Shown: positions 63,110-64,000 of the stretch, in pieces
How the letters are laid out: each line of letters opens with the position of its first letter
How positions within the stretch are numbered: position 1 is the first letter of the stretch
Assembly: GCA_964016885.1 (NCBI GenBank)
Contig: OZ024743.1
Location: 180,110,001-180,174,000 of the forward strand
Source: Eledone cirrhosa
Taxonomy: Eukaryota
Direction of reading: 5' to 3'
DNA length: 64,000 nt
Made by a program: the position numbers and the translations under genes
The notes under the pieces: model-generated
Databases searched by the model: none
Seen by the model: the letters and a program-made list of their open reading frames with translations, nothing else
What the model was told of the DNA's origin: nothing

Positions 63110-63790
63110 TCCCTATAGTTTCTAGCTTTACTCTCTCCGTCGCTCTCCCTCTCTCTATAATAAGATAATTCCCCACTCTATAATTTAACTGCTTTACTCT
63201 CTGTCGCTCTTCACTCGCAAATATTATAAAGGCTGAGCATCGTCTCTCTCTCCCTCTTTTCACTCCTCTCTATAATTTAACTGCTTTACTCTCTGTCTCT
63301 CTTCACTCTCTATATGACAACACTCTTTTACTTTCGTATCTCCCTTCAATATACAGAGAGAGAGAGAGAGAGAGAGAGGGGGACCAGCAACCTGACCGAT
63401 TTTCCAATTACTTTAAATCAAGTATCGGCATTAAAATATTTTGAAATAAACAATGTGTATGATCAAATGTAGCGGTGATTGAAAAATAACGTTCATTTCC
63501 GTCGTATATCTTTCATCTGTCGTCGCCCGCATAAGTAACACACACACACACATACTTTCACACCTGATCTTCGCCAATTGCCGGATAACATCAAAACAAA
63601 ACACACAGACACACACATGCACATACACACATACAAAACCCAAACACACACACACATATCTATACTTTATATGTATGTATGTAAGATCATTTCCCCTCTC
63701 TATAATTTAACTGCTTTACTCTCTCTGTCGCTCTTCACTCTCTATATGACAACACTGTTTTTGTTTCCGTATCTCCATTCAATATATACA
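63110..63790. repeat. Dispersed tandem copies of a pyrimidine-rich unit (CTCTATAATTTAACTGCTTTACTCTCTGTCGCTCTTCACTC) plus (GA)n
   Basis: Copies near 63176, 63268 and 63698. Confidence 0.8.
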
Positions 63791-64000
63791 CATAGAGAGA
63801 GAGAGAGAGAGAGAGAGGGAAAGAGAGAGAGAGAGAGAAAGATTAGGAAAACTACACGCACACACATCTACAGAGAGAGACAGAACAACAGAGGGAGGGG
63901 AAAAGGAGAGAGATACGCGTTAGATAGAGAGAGATAAATTAAGTGTTAGTTATTCAGAGAGAGAGAGAGAGTCAGGAGGACAATATGACACAGGAGGGGT

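Overview
Repeat-saturated, AT-rich animal genomic DNA. The SINE family, LINE types and microsatellite load suggest a coleoid cephalopod such as an octopus; this is inference only. No host protein-coding exon could be supported. The left ~24 kb is one continuous stack of non-LTR retrotransposons, each joined to the next by a short (ATT)n tract: three Tx1/L1-clade copies on +, three R4/Dong-like copies with a restriction-like endonuclease on -, one tRNA-derived SINE, and an old RTE 3' end. The right ~40 kb is dominated by (TA)n-associated Penelope-like elements (PLEs): two near-complete decayed copies and several fold-back remnants carrying minimal hammerhead ribozymes, some with a compensatory U3-A8 core. 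It also holds RTE fragments, SINEs, a non-autonomous Helitron, Tc1/mariner and hAT MITEs, and a candidate bidirectional promoter near 46 kb. The most notable items are the shared-target, orientation-locked (ATT)n array, a pseudoknotted RNA element upstream of a Dong ORF, an unassigned conserved domain and fixed-position GTAAGT at the Tx1 ORF1/ORF2 junction, and the hammerhead fold-backs. All alignments and folds were done by eye.
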